Source of the DNA: Nanobdellota archaeon
GTDB lineage: Archaea > EX4484-52 > LFW-46
DNA: 64,000 nucleotides
Reading direction: 5' to 3'
Assembly (NCBI GenBank): GCA_018897155.1
Contig: JAHILE010000029.1
Coordinates: 117 to 64,116 of the forward strand
Shown here: in pieces, positions 37,550 to 47,158 of the stretch
Layout: every line of letters starts with the position of its first letter
Numbering within the stretch: position 1 is the stretch's first letter
Position numbers and translations under genes: made by a program
The notes under the pieces: generated by a model
Told to the model about the DNA's origin: nothing
What the model saw: the letters and a program-made list of their open reading frames with translations, nothing else
Databases searched by the model: none

Positions 37550-38169
37550 GTGGCGCTTTTTATGGCATTATCAAAATTGAGAGCGTATGATGTATTTTTG
37601 CTTTCAAATTCATTGCTAAATTTTTCAACAGGATTGTTTTATCCTTTCTGGATAGTATTTTTGCAGAATTTCGGCGGCAGTATTGAGCAGTTTGGTTTTT
37701 CTATAGGGTTGATGGCTTTTTCAGCAGCTATTGCATCTTATTATGCGGGAAAACAGTCAGATACGCTTGGAAGAAACCGCTATTGATAATCGGCGGAGTT
37801 ATGTTGGGATGTATGATGATTGCATACACACTCATCACATCTTTAATACAGTTGTATGTCTTGCAGATTTTAACTGGAATCACAACCGCTATGCAAATGA
37901 CAATGGAAGCTGCATTTTTGGGTGACGTGACTAAAAAAGAATCGCGAGGCAGGGATATTGGAAAATATCACGCGCTCGTAGGCATCATGGCAGCAGTCGC
38001 AATAATGGGCGGCGGATTTGTGGTCGGAAACTTGGGTTTTAAAGTAATTTTTTATATTACTGCGTCACTTGTTTTTATCTCAACCGCAATGTTGTTTTAT
38101 ATTGAGGAAAAACGTATTATCTCAAAGAAAATTCAAGGAAATAAGCATAAAAGTCACAAGTTCCAATAA
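37550..38169 (+). pseudogene. truncated, frameshifted major-facilitator-superfamily transporter (6-TM N-terminal half)
   Basis: ORFs 37550..37786 and 37783..38169 are contiguous in different frames; MFS motif A (GKQSDTLGRK-PLLIIGG) is split by a frame change at A-run 37774-37776; only ~6 TM helices total. Confidence 0.65.
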
Positions 38170-38174
38170 TACTT

Positions 38175-39380
38175 ATGCAACTCTCACCGCGCATTACTGC
38201 ACTTGAAGAAAGCATCCGCAAAATCTCGGAAGCTGCGGCAAAAATTTCAGGATGCGTGCGCTTTGACATAGGCCAGCCGGATTTTAAGACCCCGCAGCAC
38301 ATTCAAGATGCTGCAATACGCGCGATTCGGGAAAAGCCGATGGGCTATGCGCCGATGGTAGGCATTCCGGAACTGAGGCGCGCAATAGCGGATTATGAGA
38401 ACAAAAAAGGCCTTAATCTCGCGCCGGAAAACATAATGGTTACAAACGGCGGCAACGGATCTTTGTTTTGCACGTTTTTGGCGATCATCGAAAAAGACGA
38501 TGAAGTGCTTATTGCAGATCCTGCGTGGCCGCCTTATGAGATGATAGTGCGTTCTGTCGGGGGGGTTCCCGTTTACACGAAATTCTTTGAGGGTGGGGAG
38601 TCCTCAAAGGCTTCGAGTGGAGCGACAGCGAAACGAGATGATTTTGACGGCAAAAAACTGCTCGCGGATTCAATCGAATCTGCGATAACTTCAAAATCAA
38701 AAGCAATTATTGTTAACAGCCCTGAAAACCCTACAGGCCGCGTTGCAAGTGAAAGCGATTTGAAAACAATTGCTGAAATTGCGATTGAACACGGCATAAT
38801 GATTATTTCGGATGAAGTGTATGATAAACTGCTTTTTGGCGGCGCAAAGCATTATTCGATTGCTAAATTCGCGCCCGAAAACACAATACTCATAAACTCC
38901 ACTTCAAAAACATATTCAATGACGGGTTGGAGGCTTGGTTGGCTTGCAGCACCAAAGGATATTATAAAAGAGCTTGCTAAATGCAACCGCGTAACAACCG
39001 CATCGGTTAGCGCAGTAGTGCAATATGCCGCACTTGCGGCGCTTACTGAAAGCCAAGAGTGCGTCCAGGATATGTGCCACGAATACGAAAAGCGGTGCGA
39101 CACGACAGTAAAGCGCATGAAGCAGCTTAACTGGGATTTTATAAATCCGGAAGGTGCGTTTTATGCATTTCCGAAAATTCCCGGTTGCATTGATTCGTGG
39201 AAACTTGCGATGGAGCTTCTGGAAAAAGCAAAAGTCGCACTTGTTCCTGGCGTATCGTTCGGCCCCTCAGGCGAAGGTCATGTGCGCATATGTTATGGCT
39301 CGGTGAATTCGGAATGCATAAACGAGGGCTTTGACAGGATTGAAAAGTATATGAATATAGTCAATAAATGCAAATATTAG
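38175..39380 (+). CDS. class I pyridoxal-phosphate aminotransferase (aspartate aminotransferase family)
   Basis: PLP-lysine region SKTYSMTGWRLGW, 401 aa, small acidic/Ser-rich insertion. Confidence 0.85.
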   Translation: MQLSPRITALEESIRKISEAAAKISGCVRFDIGQPDFKTPQHIQDAAIRAIREKPMGYAPMVGIPELRRAIADYENKKGLNLAPENIMVTNGGNGSLFCTFLAIIEKDDEVLIADPAWPPYEMIVRSVGGVPVYTKFFEGGESSKASSGATAKRDDFDGKKLLADSIESAITSKSKAIIVNSPENPTGRVASESDLKTIAEIAIEHGIMIISDEVYDKLLFGGAKHYSIAKFAPENTILINSTSKTYSMTGWRLGWLAAPKDIIKELAKCNRVTTASVSAVVQYAALAALTESQECVQDMCHEYEKRCDTTVKRMKQLNWDFINPEGAFYAFPKIPGCIDSWKLAMELLEKAKVALVPGVSFGPSGEGHVRICYGSVNSECINEGFDRIEKYMNIVNKCKY

Positions 39381-39499
39381 TCAGTATTTACAAAAGCAGT
39401 TATTGCCTAAATAGATAAATCACGCAATTTCCGAAATAGCCAATTTGGCGTGATTTACTATGGCTATAAATAATTTTTTTTCAAATAATTAATTAATCG

Positions 39500-40984
39500 A
39501 TGGTTCTGATGTCGCAAAAATACAATCTCCAGCCGCACGAAATCAAAGTGCTCAAATTTCTTGAGGATGAGAAAAAGCGCTTTGCAACTGAGCTTGAAGC
39601 CGTGCTCGGGATGGATCAGGTTGCTGTTGCCCGCGCAATTTACGGCCTCCAGCAGTCAGGTCTTGTAAAATCAAAGGAAGAAGAAAAGCTTGTTTTGAGA
39701 ATAACTTCCGAAGGCGAGTCGGTCCTTAAGCAGGGGCTTATAGAAAAACAGCTTGTTTCAGAAGTAGGGGAAAAAGGAAAATCGCTTTCTGAAATAAAGC
39801 TTTCTGAGAAAAATATTGCTCTTGGTTTTGCAAAAAAGAAAGGTTATGTTGAATTTGACAAAAGCAGCTTAAAGGCTACAAAAGCAGGCATTGACGCGCT
39901 TGGAAAACAGGATGCTGAAGAAGTTCTTCTTAAAAGAGCTGCGCATGGCGAGGCTTTAAAAAAAGATGAACTCGACACACTTAAGTCAAGAAAGCTTGCA
40001 GATTATTCTCTTAAGACAATCCGCGAAGTCAGCATAACTGCTGAAGGAAAAAAAGCGGCTCAAGGGCTTGAGGTAAGGGATGAAGTTTCGAGTCTGGCTC
40101 CGGAAATGATAAAATCCAGGGGTTGGAAAGAAGTTAGCTTGAGGAAATATAATGTGACTGCTCCGGTAACTGCAGTTTATGGCGGCAGAAGGCATTTCGT
40201 GAATCAGGCGATTGATTATGTCCGAAGTGTTTGGCTTGACATGGGTTTCAAAGAAATGACCGGCCCTCTTGTCAATACAGGATTCTGGAACTTTGATGCG
40301 CTTTTTGTTCCGCAGGATCATCCTGCGCGCGAGATGCAGGACACATTCTTTTTTAACGGAAAGGGAATGCTGCCTGATAAAAAAACTATCTCTGCAGTAA
40401 AGAAGGCGCATGAATCCGGAGTCAACGGTTCAAGAGGGTGGCAGTACAAATGGAGTGAAGAGGAAGCGGCACGACTGCTTTTACGCACGCACACCACAGT
40501 TCTTTCCGCAAAGACCCTCGCGCAAATTAAGAAGGATAGCCTTCCTGCGAAGTATTTTGCAATAGGCCGGGTGTTCAGAAATGAGGCTCTTGACTGGAAG
40601 CATCTTTTTGAGTTCAATCAGGTTGAAGGAATTGTTGTGGATCCTAACGCCAATTTCAAGAATCTGCTCGGCTACCTTAAAGAATTCTTTGGAAAGCTGG
40701 GCTTTGAAAAAGCAAGATTCCGGCCGGGATATTTTCCATATACTGAGATGTCGATTGAAATCGATGTTTTCCACCCTGAAAGAAAGCAGTGGGTGGAGCT
40801 TGGCGGCGCCGGCATTTTCAGGCCGGAAGTTGTCGAGCCGCTATTGGGCGAGCCAATACCGGTTCTTGCATGGGGGCCGGGGTTTGACCGAATCATCATG
40901 GATTACTACAAGATAAAATACATCCGCGATTTGTACGGGAATGACATAAAGCAGTTGCGCGAGATGAAAGTTTGGATGAGATAA
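39500..40984 (+). CDS. pheS: phenylalanyl-tRNA synthetase alpha subunit (archaeal)
   Basis: N-terminal winged-helix repeats and class II core (FRPGYFPYTEMSIEIDVF...VELGGAGIFRPEV); 494 aa. Confidence 0.9.
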   Translation: MVLMSQKYNLQPHEIKVLKFLEDEKKRFATELEAVLGMDQVAVARAIYGLQQSGLVKSKEEEKLVLRITSEGESVLKQGLIEKQLVSEVGEKGKSLSEIKLSEKNIALGFAKKKGYVEFDKSSLKATKAGIDALGKQDAEEVLLKRAAHGEALKKDELDTLKSRKLADYSLKTIREVSITAEGKKAAQGLEVRDEVSSLAPEMIKSRGWKEVSLRKYNVTAPVTAVYGGRRHFVNQAIDYVRSVWLDMGFKEMTGPLVNTGFWNFDALFVPQDHPAREMQDTFFFNGKGMLPDKKTISAVKKAHESGVNGSRGWQYKWSEEEAARLLLRTHTTVLSAKTLAQIKKDSLPAKYFAIGRVFRNEALDWKHLFEFNQVEGIVVDPNANFKNLLGYLKEFFGKLGFEKARFRPGYFPYTEMSIEIDVFHPERKQWVELGGAGIFRPEVVEPLLGEPIPVLAWGPGFDRIIMDYYKIKYIRDLYGNDIKQLREMKVWMR

Positions 40985-41036
40985 TTTTGAAACATTCAAA
41001 ACATCTATTGGGTTCAAAAGTTTCGAACAAATTGAG

Positions 41037-41801
41037 ATGATGCTTATGAAAAAACTTGAAGGAAGAGTTGCAGTTATTACCGGTTCAAGCAGGGGCATCG
41101 GCAGGGCAATTGCTCTTGAGTTTGCGAAAGAAGGCGCGAAAATAATTATCAATTATATCCAATCAAAAAAAGAGGCAGAAGAAGTCGTTGCAGAGATAAA
41201 GAAACTCGGTTCAGATGCATTGGCTATGGAATGTGATGTATCCGACGAAAAACAAGTGAATGAACTAATAAGTACAGCAGTCAAAAAATTCGGTAAAATA
41301 GACATTCTTATAAACAATGCAGGAATTGTTGCGCCGAAACCATTTCAAGAATTGATGGCGCAAGATTGGGAAAATATACTGAGAGTTAACCTAATCGGAA
41401 CATTTTTGTGTTCAAAGGCAGCCGCTCCGCACATGCTCCATCAGAAATACGGCAAAATTGTTAATGTTTCTTCAATACGCGGGCTCGAATGCTGCGGCAG
41501 AGCTGGAATACTTGATTACAGCGCTTCAAAGGCTGGTGTAATTAATTTCACAAAAACATTGGCGAAGGAATTAGCACCGCATGTTAATGTTAATAGCGTG
41601 GCTCCAGGCCTCACTGAAACGGACCAGTGGAAAAATAAAGACGCTTCATTTGTGAAAGCCGAAACAGAAAAAACGCTTTTTAAAAGATTCGCCAGACCCG
41701 AAGAAATCGCAAAAGCGGCTTTGTTCTTGGCATCTGACGATTCAAGTTACATAACCGGCGATGTATTAATAGTTGACGGAGGATATCATTTGCGCGAGTA
41801 G
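41037..41801 (+). CDS. short-chain dehydrogenase/reductase (FabG-like)
   Basis: TGSSRGIGRAIA cofactor motif, NNAG, YSASKAG catalytic triad region. Confidence 0.85.
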   Translation: MMLMKKLEGRVAVITGSSRGIGRAIALEFAKEGAKIIINYIQSKKEAEEVVAEIKKLGSDALAMECDVSDEKQVNELISTAVKKFGKIDILINNAGIVAPKPFQELMAQDWENILRVNLIGTFLCSKAAAPHMLHQKYGKIVNVSSIRGLECCGRAGILDYSASKAGVINFTKTLAKELAPHVNVNSVAPGLTETDQWKNKDASFVKAETEKTLFKRFARPEEIAKAALFLASDDSSYITGDVLIVDGGYHLRE

Positions 41802-41828
41802 AAAAGCTTATAAACTCATGTAACAAAT

Positions 41829-42383
41829 ATGTTACATATGGAACAAAAAATATCTTTTGAAATTATTGCCGCGATTATGCGGGAGCCAATGCATGCGCGG
41901 GCAATTGCCAAAAAGCTCGGCACAAACCATATGGCTGTAGTGCGCGGGCTAAAGGCTCTTGTAGTGGAAAATGCAGTGGATTTTCAGGCAGAAGGCAGGA
42001 ATAAAGTGTATTTTCCCAAAAAAAGCCTTGAGGCAAGGAATTTTGCAGTTATGGCAGAGCTTTACCGGCTTAACAAAACAATTGAAAAATATCCTGAATT
42101 AAGGGCGATTATTGAATCCATTCAGAAAAATCCGAAAATAGGGCTTGCGATGCTTTTTGGAAGCTATGCAAAAGGGATTGCCAGAACCGACAGCGACATT
42201 GATATTTTCATAGAATCAGAAGACAGAAAAATAAAGCAAGAAATCGAGCTTCTGAATTCGAAACTAATCGTAAAAATCGGAAGCTACGACCGCGATAATT
42301 TATTGATAAAAGAAATAGAAAAAAATCATGTAATGATTAAAGGAGCTGAAACCTACTATGAAAGAAACCGATTTTTTTATTAA
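41829..42383 (+). CDS. HTH domain fused to minimal nucleotidyltransferase (MNT-type)
   Basis: N-terminal wHTH-like segment then NTase motif MLFGSYAKGIARTDSDIDIF. Confidence 0.7.
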   Translation: MLHMEQKISFEIIAAIMREPMHARAIAKKLGTNHMAVVRGLKALVVENAVDFQAEGRNKVYFPKKSLEARNFAVMAELYRLNKTIEKYPELRAIIESIQKNPKIGLAMLFGSYAKGIARTDSDIDIFIESEDRKIKQEIELLNSKLIVKIGSYDRDNLLIKEIEKNHVMIKGAETYYERNRFFY

Positions 42384-42519
42384 GCTGCAAAAGGAAGGCA
42401 AGCGGATGATTTGTTCTATCGGCAACCTCAAGCCAACACAGATAAAAATGAGTAAAATAAAATATGCCTCAAGTCTGTAAGGTATTCGTGGTAGATTGAT
42501 TTAGTATTGAAGTGGTTTT

Positions 42520-43092
42520 ATGTTTAGTAAATCGTTTAATGATTTGGAAGATGAAGAAAAAATTATCTTGTATTCTTTAGGTGCTTTAAGTAACACCCCC
42601 CTTAGAAGTAAAATAAAACTGCAAAAGCTATTATTTTTGGTATCGAATGTTTTTAAAGAGTATAAAGATCTTTTGGAATTTGAACCCCATCTTTTTGGAC
42701 CTTATAGTGAAACTGTAAATTACGTATTAGAAGATTTGATGAAATTGGGATTGGTTTATCAGGAAGGAAGTAAATATACCCTAACTGAAAATGGTTTCGA
42801 ATTATTTAATCATCTTAAACCAAAAAAGGAACTTTTGAAAGTTATCGAAGATTTCAAAGAATTTTTAAATGATCTTTCAGATGACGAGGTGCTAGCATTT
42901 ATTTACGCATCTTATCCGAACTACATTTCAGAGTCAGCTAAATGGGATGAACTAAAGGTTAATAGAGCAAGATTTGCTGTTTCTCTCTTAAAGAAGCAGA
43001 AAATTAGTTTTGGGAAAGCTGCTGAACTCGCTGGATTAAAAACCGCGGAATTTGAAGATCTATTGATGAAAGCCAAGGTTCGATGGAAATGA
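42520..43092 (+). CDS. Panacea (DUF4065)-like domain fused to UPF0175-like antitoxin HTH
   Basis: N-terminal KIKLQKLLFLVSNVF...LFGPYSETVNYVLEDL resembles Panacea domain; C-terminal KISFGKAAELAGLKTAEFEDLLMKAKV resembles UPF0175 antitoxins; stop overlaps next gene start. Confidence 0.55.
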   Translation: MFSKSFNDLEDEEKIILYSLGALSNTPLRSKIKLQKLLFLVSNVFKEYKDLLEFEPHLFGPYSETVNYVLEDLMKLGLVYQEGSKYTLTENGFELFNHLKPKKELLKVIEDFKEFLNDLSDDEVLAFIYASYPNYISESAKWDELKVNRARFAVSLLKKQKISFGKAAELAGLKTAEFEDLLMKAKVRWK

Positions 43093-43658
43093 CGACGACG
43101 AAGGTAATGGATAATACGATAATTAGTACGAGTCTTAAAGAAATAAAATGCGTGAATCTCATTAAGAAATGTTCTGAACGATATACAATTGCGACATCAT
43201 ACGAAGTATATTTGGAATCGTGTAAAGGATTTAGTGAGACCGTTTTAAAAGAATTATATAAAACTGTTGTTGTTCGTAATTTGACTGATGATAAAAAATA
43301 TATTTTGCTTATTGATTATCTTCAAACAAGATACCCCTATCTACATAGCGGCGAATTATCATCATTCCTTCTTGCACTTTTAGATTATGAACTAAACAGA
43401 AAAGAATATTATTACGTTACTGACGACAACAAAATGAAAAAAGTTATTTCAAAAATGGGTGGAGATGATTTATTTTCTGAAAAAATAGGTAGCCCGATTA
43501 AAACATTTAATGTAACTGGTACTATCGGCTTGATAAGAAAACTGTATGAAAATGACAGTTTATCAACAGAAGATATCAAAAGGATAATAGAAGACTTGAA
43601 AAATAGTACTTTTTATATTACCCCCGACCTAATAAGTTATCTGAAGGTGGCTAAATGA
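43083..43658 (+). CDS. PIN-like nuclease, DUF3368-type putative toxin
   Basis: N-terminal acidic residue context (VMDNTIIS), DD pair (YYVTDDNKMKK), C-terminal GTIGLIRKL motif like DUF3368; overlapping start and stop with neighbours. Confidence 0.5.
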   Translation: MEMTTTKVMDNTIISTSLKEIKCVNLIKKCSERYTIATSYEVYLESCKGFSETVLKELYKTVVVRNLTDDKKYILLIDYLQTRYPYLHSGELSSFLLALLDYELNRKEYYYVTDDNKMKKVISKMGGDDLFSEKIGSPIKTFNVTGTIGLIRKLYENDSLSTEDIKRIIEDLKNSTFYITPDLISYLKVAK

Positions 43659-44740
43659 AGTTAAATGTTAAATTAGAAAAAGTTGATGATGAATTAATGT
43701 TTAAACGTACGAGCATTTGCTTAGGGAGTAAATCAATAATGACTCCCATAAAAGCAAGCTACTGTGAAAATCCCATAAGTGATATAAATGAAATATATAA
43801 GAAATTTTCATTGGAAAAATTAAACAACTGCCTTTCCGATGAACAACATGAAAGAAGAACTAATTCGGAAATAAAACGTGAGATGACAAACGGGCTCAAC
43901 ATGTGCATTGTTGATTATTCGAGTTCTACAATCCCTGAAAGAAAGCATATCGAAATGCTTGCAGATATACAGTACGAACATAGCGATATAGTTGTTACTC
44001 CAATTTTCTCAAACCTGTTGAGGAAAAAAGATTTGGTGGGTGAGTCATTGACAAAGACATTCATAGAATTAACGAATCAATATATTGAAATTGTTGAAAC
44101 TCTAAATCATAAAAGTATTGTTGGAGTCATACCGTCAAAAATGCCGCGAGAGCTTTTGAGACCGATAGTAGAAAACTATTGCGATAAGAACATAACATCA
44201 TTTGTTCTTGATTTTGACGGTAGATCTATTGATAATACAACTTGGATAAGACACTTAACAAGATTAATGAATGACTTTGATTTAACGGAAAAATCATTTT
44301 TATATTCAGTTAACGCGAACGAAGGTAAATTTATGAAAAATGCCGTCGAAATACCCGCAAAAGATTTCATAAATAGTGGATTTGGAATTGATATTTTGGG
44401 TTTAAATCATTTGCAACCGCGAATGAATTCCGAAGCGTGGGCTAAAATAAAGGCAAAGAGAGAAGAAAACACCTACAGAATATTCAATAGAGGTACTTAT
44501 GGATATGTGAAAAAGACAGAAGGTGAATTATTAAGACTTTTTGATATGTCCGATAAAAATAAATTAAGGGGGCAACGAAAAAAGTTTAATGTTTCTGAAC
44601 AACATAATGAGACAATAACATTACAAACAAAATTAAAGGAAGAACGCACTATCGAGCCATATATTAAATCTAAGTCTCAAATTAATGAGGATCTTATAAA
44701 GAAGATTAAGAAGTTAAGATCTGAAACATTTAGAAGATAA
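43655..44740 (+). CDS. hypothetical protein (361 aa), alternating beta/alpha pattern suggestive of a TIM-barrel-like fold
   Basis: ATGA overlap with preceding PIN gene; AT-rich codon usage like rest of island; no recognised motif. Confidence 0.55.
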   Translation: MKLNVKLEKVDDELMFKRTSICLGSKSIMTPIKASYCENPISDINEIYKKFSLEKLNNCLSDEQHERRTNSEIKREMTNGLNMCIVDYSSSTIPERKHIEMLADIQYEHSDIVVTPIFSNLLRKKDLVGESLTKTFIELTNQYIEIVETLNHKSIVGVIPSKMPRELLRPIVENYCDKNITSFVLDFDGRSIDNTTWIRHLTRLMNDFDLTEKSFLYSVNANEGKFMKNAVEIPAKDFINSGFGIDILGLNHLQPRMNSEAWAKIKAKREENTYRIFNRGTYGYVKKTEGELLRLFDMSDKNKLRGQRKKFNVSEQHNETITLQTKLKEERTIEPYIKSKSQINEDLIKKIKKLRSETFRR

Positions 44741-44747
44741 TTTATTA

Positions 44748-46397
44748 GTGATTTTTATGCCGACAGTTACGCTTAACAAAAAAAGAGTCCTTGAGCTTCT
44801 TGGAAAGAAGTACGATGATAAATTCCTCGCTGACAGAATTGCAATGCTTGGGACTGATTTAGAGTCCATTACAGATACAGAAATTATTGTCGAGGTTTTT
44901 CCGAACAGGCCGGATATGCTTTCTGAAGAGGGACTTGCGCGCGGCCTTCGCAGCTTTCTTGGCATTGAGACAGGGTTCAAAAAATACGAAGTGAAAAAAT
45001 CCGGATTCTCTACAACAAATGCAAATCCGCTTCCATATTGGCCTTATGTGGTTACAGCAATTGTGAAAGGGCTCGAACTGGATGATGCAAAAATAAGGCA
45101 GATTATCCAGATTCAGGAAAAGCTCGGAATCACGTTGCTGCGCAAAAGAAAAAAAGGCGGCATCGGATTATATCCGCTTGACAGGATAAAGATGCCGATA
45201 AAATTCGTATCTGATGCCCCGGAAAAAATACGCTATCGTCCTCTTGAATATCCTGAAGTAATTTCAGGAAAAGAAATACTTGAAAAGCACCCGACAGGAA
45301 AGACATATGCGCACATATGCAATGACTGGAAAAAAATCACTTATTTTGTCGATGCGTCGGGCACAATAATGTCCATGCCGCCTATTGTGAACTCGTATGA
45401 TGTCGGGAAAATCGACGAGAAAACAAAAGATGTCTTTATCGAGGCGACAGGCACGGATTTGAACACTTTGAAAATCGCGCTCAATATTGTCGTAACTGCT
45501 CTTGCAGATATGGGCGGGAAAATATATTCAATGGAAATCATTCAGGGGAACGAGAAATTCACCACACCTGATTTAACTCCGTCAAAAAGGAAGATTGACA
45601 GAAAATACGTCAATAAGCTTCTTGGTCTTGAACTAACCGACGCTGAGATGAAGCAGCTTCTTGCAAAAATGGGCATTGGATTCGAGGCAGGCTCTGCATT
45701 GATTCCGGCGTATCGCGCGGACATTTTGCATCCGATGGACCTTGTCGAGGATATTGCAATCGCATACGGCTATGAAAATTTTGATGCCCAGATTCCGAAA
45801 GTTGCGACAATCGGTGAAGAGTCTCGCGGAGCAATACTTAAGCGAAAAATTGCAGAAGTCCTTTCAGGGCTTGGATTTTTGGAATGCAACACATATCATC
45901 TTTCGAATGGAAAAGACCTTATTGAAAAGATGAATGCAAAAAAGACAAGCCTGGTAAAGCTTTCAAATTCCGTGAATATCGATTACGATGCGATGCGAAA
46001 CGCAATACTTCCGATTTTGATGAAAGTGCTTTCAGAGAACAGGCATAACGAATATCCGCAGAGAATTTTCGAATCGGGAATTGTTTTTGCAGAGGATTCC
46101 AAAGAAGAGACCGGCGTTTCCGAGCGCGCATCTTTATCCGCAGTATCCGTGCATCCGAATGTCGATTTCTCCGAAATAAAGGCAACACTAGATGCTCTAA
46201 TGCGCGCCTTTGACATAAAATACGAAATGAAAGAAAAGGAATATTCTTCATATATTTCAGGAAGGTGCGCGGAAATAGTCGTTGCAGGAAAATCCGTCGG
46301 CATGATTGGAGAACTGCATCCGCAGGTCCTGAACAACTGGGAAATCGAGATGCCTGTTGCAGGATTTGAAATTGATGTCGAGATGGTATTTGAGTGA
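44748..46397 (+). CDS. pheT: phenylalanyl-tRNA synthetase beta subunit (archaeal)
   Basis: N-terminal B1/B3-B4 region (MPTVTLNKKRVLELLGKKYDDKFLADRIAMLGTDLE...VFPNRPDMLSEEG) and B5 plus catalytic-like C-terminus; 549 aa. Confidence 0.9.
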   Translation: MIFMPTVTLNKKRVLELLGKKYDDKFLADRIAMLGTDLESITDTEIIVEVFPNRPDMLSEEGLARGLRSFLGIETGFKKYEVKKSGFSTTNANPLPYWPYVVTAIVKGLELDDAKIRQIIQIQEKLGITLLRKRKKGGIGLYPLDRIKMPIKFVSDAPEKIRYRPLEYPEVISGKEILEKHPTGKTYAHICNDWKKITYFVDASGTIMSMPPIVNSYDVGKIDEKTKDVFIEATGTDLNTLKIALNIVVTALADMGGKIYSMEIIQGNEKFTTPDLTPSKRKIDRKYVNKLLGLELTDAEMKQLLAKMGIGFEAGSALIPAYRADILHPMDLVEDIAIAYGYENFDAQIPKVATIGEESRGAILKRKIAEVLSGLGFLECNTYHLSNGKDLIEKMNAKKTSLVKLSNSVNIDYDAMRNAILPILMKVLSENRHNEYPQRIFESGIVFAEDSKEETGVSERASLSAVSVHPNVDFSEIKATLDALMRAFDIKYEMKEKEYSSYISGRCAEIVVAGKSVGMIGELHPQVLNNWEIEMPVAGFEIDVEMVFE

Positions 46398-46408
46398 TTT
46401 TTATATAA

Positions 46409-46810
46409 TTAAAACTCAGGAATTTTTCTTACTGTTTGTAATGCGCTATTAAGGTTGTTTCGCTTTTCTTCATATGAATTAATGAATTCATCCAAATCAA
46501 ATTGGCCTTCATCAGTACCTCTAAAACAAAGAGTTCCTGATTCATGAGTTCCTTTAACATTTTTTTCAATATTCCAGCTTTGCTCTGGAAATAGTTCGTT
46601 TAAATTAAGATACGCTCTTAATGTATAGAGATTATCAGGTTTGAATAGTATAAGTTCAATATTTACTCCCGAGAAAAAACGTTTATAAAATTCTTGGCGA
46701 TTGGTCTCCTCAAGCGGGAGTGCAAGTTCCTCGAAACCCATAGATTTCAGATGGTCTGTGAGTGCATCTCTTGTGACATATTTCATAGTATACTCATTGA
46801 GTAATAACAT
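46409..46810 (-). CDS. hypothetical protein (133 aa)
   Basis: ORF only. Confidence 0.45.
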   Translation of the reverse strand: MLLLNEYTMKYVTRDALTDHLKSMGFEELALPLEETNRQEFYKRFFSGVNIELILFKPDNLYTLRAYLNLNELFPEQSWNIEKNVKGTHESGTLCFRGTDEGQFDLDEFINSYEEKRNNLNSALQTVRKIPEF

Positions 46811-46964
46811 TTATAAAAGACTGTAAAACGTGAGCTGTTAAGTCTTCTGGATATAATCCCGATTCTATTTCTAAAAAATCAATACAAGGGAGTGGTATTC
46901 GATGAATAACACCTCTTAAAGCGCGCCTACAAACGATATAAAGGAGAATGAACAAAAATATATT

Positions 46965-47117
46965 ATGAGGATGAAAAACTTAGAACGAGCTTTTTTTGGA
47001 TTTATGGGTGGCGTGCTTACAATATCTGGCATAATCTTAGGGCTTTCTGGAAATATCCCTTTGAGCGTTTTTTCAATAGTTATCGGATTGTTTAGTTTTT
47101 ATGTCGCTGCAAAATAA
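46965..47117 (+). CDS. possible small two-TM membrane protein (50 aa), not in ORF track
   Basis: ATG ORF MRMKNLERAFFGFMGGVLTISGIILGLSGNIPLSVFSIVIGLFSFYVAAK with two hydrophobic helices. Confidence 0.3.
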   Translation: MRMKNLERAFFGFMGGVLTISGIILGLSGNIPLSVFSIVIGLFSFYVAAK

Positions 47118-47158
47118 AGATAAACGTAAAACAATAAAAACACACTGAGATTATTTTT

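Noticed and set aside
41829-42383. HEPN partner for the minimal nucleotidyltransferase
   Set aside because: I scanned neighbouring proteins for an R-x(4-6)-H HEPN motif and found no convincing candidate. The NTase appears solitary.
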